DNA from: Candidatus Heimdallarchaeota archaeon
Lineage (GTDB): Archaea > Asgardarchaeota > Heimdallarchaeia > Hodarchaeales > Hodarchaeaceae
Length of the DNA: 51,822 nt
Reading direction: 5' to 3'
Assembly: GCA_019057635.1 (NCBI GenBank)
Contig: DXJL01000149.1
Span: forward strand, 1 to 51,822
Shown here: positions 47,824 through 51,822 of the stretch, in pieces
Layout of the letters: every line of letters starts with the position of its first letter
Numbering within the stretch: the stretch's first letter is position 1
Translations under genes and position numbers: made by a program
Notes under the pieces: model-generated
Database searches by the model: none
What the model saw: the letters and a program-made list of their open reading frames with translations, nothing else
What the model was told of the DNA's origin: nothing

Positions 47824-49380
47824 CCCTTCAATAGTGATAGGATTAAGCTTAGCAAATTTACCTTCAGCAGCGGAAAGACGGGATTCAGAAGACGAATAAA
47901 TTCGGATCAGAGACTCACCCCGTTTAACAGCATCCTTCTTCTTCAAAAAGACGATACCAGCACCTTTATCTTTTGGACAACCTGCGGTCCGAGCAATTTC
48001 AGCAATTTTGACATTATCAATTTGAACAATCCAGCCAGAAGAAGGAGCAGGAATTTCAACAGAATATTGGCCAATTTCAATATCGTCAGGTTTCATATCT
48101 CGATTAGCTGATTGGGCTTCGATGATCTCTCGGAATTTGTCTATCGCTTTTCCACTATAAAGGATTTGTTTGGCCAGTTCCCGACCTTGTCCTCTAAGAG
48201 CTTTGCCAGCCATCTCCAATAATATACCTGATAACTCACAGGATTTTTCTGCTAAACTAGATGGGCCTTCCTTAGGATTTATTAATGTCTGAAGAGCTTC
48301 TTGGGCTTCTAAAGCGCTTCCTACGGTATGACCTACAGGAGATGCTCCAAAAGTAATTCCACTTTCAACTCTAATTTCTAGACGTCTTCCTAGTTCAGCA
48401 AATTCTCTACCTAGAGCTTGGGCTGTTCCTATATCAGAGATTTTAGTACCGGGTCCAGTAGGTAGGTCCATCACGAGAAAATGAATCCCAGTGGCAAGCT
48501 TTTTAGACATAATTGATGCAAGCATCATCGAAGTGGGATTTACTCCGAGTGGAAATTCAACATCTTTAATTAGAATATCATCAGCTGGTGCAAGATTGAA
48601 TCCTCCGCCCCATACAATCATTCCTTTAGTTTTTTGGGAAATTTCCACCAGTTCATCTGAGGTAAAAATGACCTCACATCCCAGTGCTTCCATAGTATCA
48701 GCCGTACCTGAAGGGCTAGTTATTGCTCGACTACTTGTTTTGGGAATTAATAATCCAGAGGCGGCGATAATCGGTACAATCAAAAGAGTTACCTTATTAC
48801 CGGGAACACCCCCAGTAGAATGTTTGTCAAAGACTGTATGCTGCCCGAAATCTATCATTTCTCCTGTTTGGGCCATAGCTTTTGTTAATTCTTCAATCTC
48901 ATCCATATTAAACGGTTCAAAGATTTGAGAAAGTACAAAAGCAGCTTTTTCTAATTGATTCAATCTGTGATATGCAATATCATTAACAACTTGTTCTATT
49001 TCATTACCCTTGAATGCTCTTCTATGCATCATTCGTTTACGGATTAAATAATAAGAATCGGGTGGTGTGCGACTTAGAGGTAATACTTGAATAATATCCC
49101 CATCCTCTGCATCTAATTCATTTAGCATCTGTTTTGAGATCCATATCTTATCGATGGGTACATGGTCAGAGATGACGATATGCTCGGTAAAGACGGTTTG
49201 TGTTGGGGATATTAATTGAAGTTGCGGATTTTTGAAACTCCCCTTAAACAAACCAGTCTCTGGTGAAAGAATTACTGTATTTTTTGGATATATTCTTACT
49301 TTTTCAGCAGTGAACTTTAATGCGCTTGATTTCTTCCGTGAAACTGGTCTCATTGGACTTGTCATTTTTCTAACATCCAT
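47803..49380 (-). CDS. Archaeal AMP/NMP phosphorylase paralog 2
   Basis: DKHSTGGVPGNK, KTSSRAITSPSGTAD, WGGGFNLAPADD, ASIMSKK, AGCPKDKGAGI. Confidence 0.92.
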   Translation of the reverse strand: MDVRKMTSPMRPVSRKKSSALKFTAEKVRIYPKNTVILSPETGLFKGSFKNPQLQLISPTQTVFTEHIVISDHVPIDKIWISKQMLNELDAEDGDIIQVLPLSRTPPDSYYLIRKRMMHRRAFKGNEIEQVVNDIAYHRLNQLEKAAFVLSQIFEPFNMDEIEELTKAMAQTGEMIDFGQHTVFDKHSTGGVPGNKVTLLIVPIIAASGLLIPKTSSRAITSPSGTADTMEALGCEVIFTSDELVEISQKTKGMIVWGGGFNLAPADDILIKDVEFPLGVNPTSMMLASIMSKKLATGIHFLVMDLPTGPGTKISDIGTAQALGREFAELGRRLEIRVESGITFGASPVGHTVGSALEAQEALQTLINPKEGPSSLAEKSCELSGILLEMAGKALRGQGRELAKQILYSGKAIDKFREIIEAQSANRDMKPDDIEIGQYSVEIPAPSSGWIVQIDNVKIAEIARTAGCPKDKGAGIVFLKKKDAVKRGESLIRIYSSSESRLSAAEGKFAKLNPITIEGMLMGRV

Positions 49381-49587
49381 TTATCCTTTTTCTCGTACAT
49401 TAGTGGCTTGTCAGTAGTTTCTTAATAAACCATTTGTTTTAAGAAGCGAGGATCACGCAAAAATCAGAGGAAAGGAATCTCAATAACAATTTCTACCTAA
49501 TTATATTTTAAATCATATTTTCTGGGAGTTACAAAATAATATTTTTATTGAACGATTTTCTGGATAAAATCTGGATCGGTACTTATC

Positions 49588-50355
49588 ATGATTAACTGGA
49601 ATGAAATTACTACACTTTTATTCGATTTAGACAATACCTTGATCATGTTTGATGAAAATGAGTTCATTCCTTTGTATGGCAAGAATATTTATGCGTATTT
49701 TACCGAAGAGATATCTTCTTATGAAGAATTTATGAAATTATTCTTAACCTCGACTCATGCAATGTTAGAAAAGGAACCTAAAGGACTTACAAACCTTGAG
49801 AAATTTGCTGCTCACTTTAGTCCAAAACTAAATCTTCCTTTTGAAGAAATCTTAAAGCGATTCCTCCGTTTTTATGACCATCAATTTGATCAATTGGCCT
49901 CAGTTATTTCACCAGCTCCATTTGCTCAACCCTTACTTCATCTTGTATCCCAACATTTTCATGTGGTAGCCGCTACTAATCCCCTGTTCCCAAGAATTGC
50001 AACAGAAAAGAGACTTAATTGGGGTAAAATTGGATTAGATATAATTCCCTGGTTAGAAATAACCGTTGCCGATGCTTATTCTACTGCAAAACCGTATCTC
50101 ACGTATTATGAGGAAGTTCTGGAAAAAATCAACAAATCTCCAGGTGAATGTGCAATGATTGGTAATGACAGAATTAATGATATGGTTGCTGGAAAGCTTG
50201 GGATCAAGACCTTTTTGATCGAAACAGATACTGCTCCTGATAAGATCATTACGACGGATCTAGATCGAGAGAATCCCCAGTTTCCGATTGATGATTCAGG
50301 TACCTTAGAGGATCTTTATTTACAATTAAAATTTCATCTTGAAAATAAAAATTAA
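49588..50355 (+). CDS. HAD superfamily hydrolase
   Basis: FDLDNTL (motif I), ATNP, KP, MIGND..ND (motif IV). Confidence 0.92.
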   Translation: MINWNEITTLLFDLDNTLIMFDENEFIPLYGKNIYAYFTEEISSYEEFMKLFLTSTHAMLEKEPKGLTNLEKFAAHFSPKLNLPFEEILKRFLRFYDHQFDQLASVISPAPFAQPLLHLVSQHFHVVAATNPLFPRIATEKRLNWGKIGLDIIPWLEITVADAYSTAKPYLTYYEEVLEKINKSPGECAMIGNDRINDMVAGKLGIKTFLIETDTAPDKIITTDLDRENPQFPIDDSGTLEDLYLQLKFHLENKN

Positions 50356-50366
50356 GTTACCTAGCC

Positions 50367-51182
50367 TCATGAAGGTATGATCAAGGGGTAAAGTATCAAC
50401 ATTAAGACTACTACTAGCCAAAGACGAAACATTAAACGAAATCCAATTGTTTTTATTTTACGTCTCGAATTTTTTAATCTCTCCTGCTGATATGTTTGTA
50501 ACAGCACAAAAATCGTTGGCTCTATCAAAGGTAGAAAAATGAAGATTGTGACTGTAGAAAGACTAATTGGAATGAATAAACTCCCTAAAAATAAAATCCA
50601 TGTAAAGAAAAAGGGTTTTATACTCAATTTATCACGTAAAGTCTCAACATATTGAATATGCGCGATTGCAACACCAATAAATGCCCAAACAATTACTATC
50701 CCTTGTTGTAAAAGAATTGGTGATATACTCTTAACAGATGTAATAAATATAACCAGAGAAAGTAACCCAATAGACACCGATCCGAGAACCAGCTCTATTG
50801 GATTTACTTGTTTAGTTCTATAAGAGAAAAATATCCACCCCGTCGATAAAATTCCAATTATAATTAGCATAAACACTAATTCTGCTCTTAAAGAAGTCCA
50901 CAGTAGCATTATCCCAGCAGTTACAGCAATTAGAAGTATTGGTAACCATTGAATCTCTTTGCTAGGATTTTTTGCAAGCTTCATCAATGAATCTGCACTA
51001 AAGAGGATACTAGTAGCAAAGAACATTGAAAAGATCAATCCAATGATGTCTGAATTATTCATTATGGAGATCCCAACACCAAGACTGCTAGCACCAGTCC
51101 AAATGATAGTTAAACCATGTTCTCGAGGGAGTCGGAAACCCTGATCCTTTAATAACTGATATAACTTCCGCAACATGATCAT
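50367..51182 (-). CDS. YwiC-like multi-pass membrane protein
   Basis: N-terminal LPREHG motif, about 8-9 TM helices, C-terminal KTIG. Confidence 0.65.
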   Translation of the reverse strand: MIMLRKLYQLLKDQGFRLPREHGLTIIWTGASSLGVGISIMNNSDIIGLIFSMFFATSILFSADSLMKLAKNPSKEIQWLPILLIAVTAGIMLLWTSLRAELVFMLIIIGILSTGWIFFSYRTKQVNPIELVLGSVSIGLLSLVIFITSVKSISPILLQQGIVIVWAFIGVAIAHIQYVETLRDKLSIKPFFFTWILFLGSLFIPISLSTVTIFIFLPLIEPTIFVLLQTYQQERLKNSRRKIKTIGFRLMFRLWLVVVLMLILYPLIIPS

Positions 51183-51681
51183 TTTTGTCCGACAATTCCA
51201 TAGTGTTCATATTCACTGACCTCTCTCTCTTTCTCTTACAAACTTAAAAGGCGTCCCTCCCGTATTTCATCAACGCCGAGGTGATGACAAAAAAATTTCT
51301 TAGCTCTTAGGTCATATTCCCTTGTAACTTCGTTAGACGAGTTACCCGTCAAAGGCAAGAGAAGAATGATCCAAACTGGTCGAAAAGTATTGGTGTTTGG
51401 GATGTCGCCAGAAGATCTGATTCAAGTAGTCCCAATGGAAAGCAATGATTCTCTTGTTGCTAACCTACCGGATAGTGGATGTGTGACTCATCCTGTCCAG
51501 AACTATTTTTCAATAGTTGTCTGACAAATTTAGTCATGTGCTTAACATCCTGATTTTAATTTTATTCTAATATCTATTGGAAGAACACTTTATAAGATGT
51601 CTATTCAATAGATGGAAGGATCTGGTTTACAAAAAATTTTCAAATATGCTAGTTCCTTACATAAATCTCCAGTATTATTCA

Positions 51682-51822
51682 TCAAGGTTGTAAAATAATC
51701 TTACCAAAATGATCTCCTTTCTCTAGTAGTCTATGCGCATCCTGAGCTTCTCTTAACGGGAGAACGCGATCGATAACTGGTTTCAACCTACCTTTCCAGA
51801 CAAGTTCTAGCACAGCATTCAA
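51682..51822 (-). CDS. C-terminal fragment of an MDR-family (zinc-binding/quinone) oxidoreductase, runs off the window
   Basis: Manual translation LNAVLELVWKGRLKPVIDRVLPLREAQDAHRLLEKGDHFGKIILQP*. Confidence 0.88.
   Translation of the reverse strand: MNAVLELVWKGRLKPVIDRVLPLREAQDAHRLLEKGDHFGKIILQP

Noticed and set aside
51284-51525. GAGGTG-ATG followed by an A7 run that could frameshift into an ~80-aa ORF with a faint Rieske-like start
   Set aside because: It needs a +1 shift and lacks the CxH...CxxH ligands; unsupported without homologs

Overview
AT-rich, densely coding archaeal chromosome segment, most likely from an Asgard archaeon (Heimdallarchaeia/Hodarchaeales-like). That placement is inferred from a profilin, a roadblock protein, a tandem-longin-like protein, archaeal AMP phosphorylases and an F420 reductase. 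Most genes are ordinary (ABC exporter, aminotransferase, PMM, thiolase, PduO, HDAC, TldD/E). Three loci stand out. (1) A bacterial/eukaryotic-type (class II) CCA-adding enzyme is fused to an apparently circularly permuted P-loop kinase. It heads an operon with two Eco57I-like amino-methyltransferases and is divergent from a third; a fourth lies 5.6 kb further on, and no restriction nuclease is recognisable. (2) The tldD-tldE pair sits between 21-bp direct repeats that duplicate the 3' end of an AMP phosphorylase gene, an att-like scar separating two divergent AMP phosphorylase paralogs. (3) A ~430-bp non-autonomous IS607-like element appears to keep both ends and a TnpB omega-RNA. No tRNA, rRNA or CRISPR array was recognised. 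All calls come from reading motifs by eye; no searches were run.
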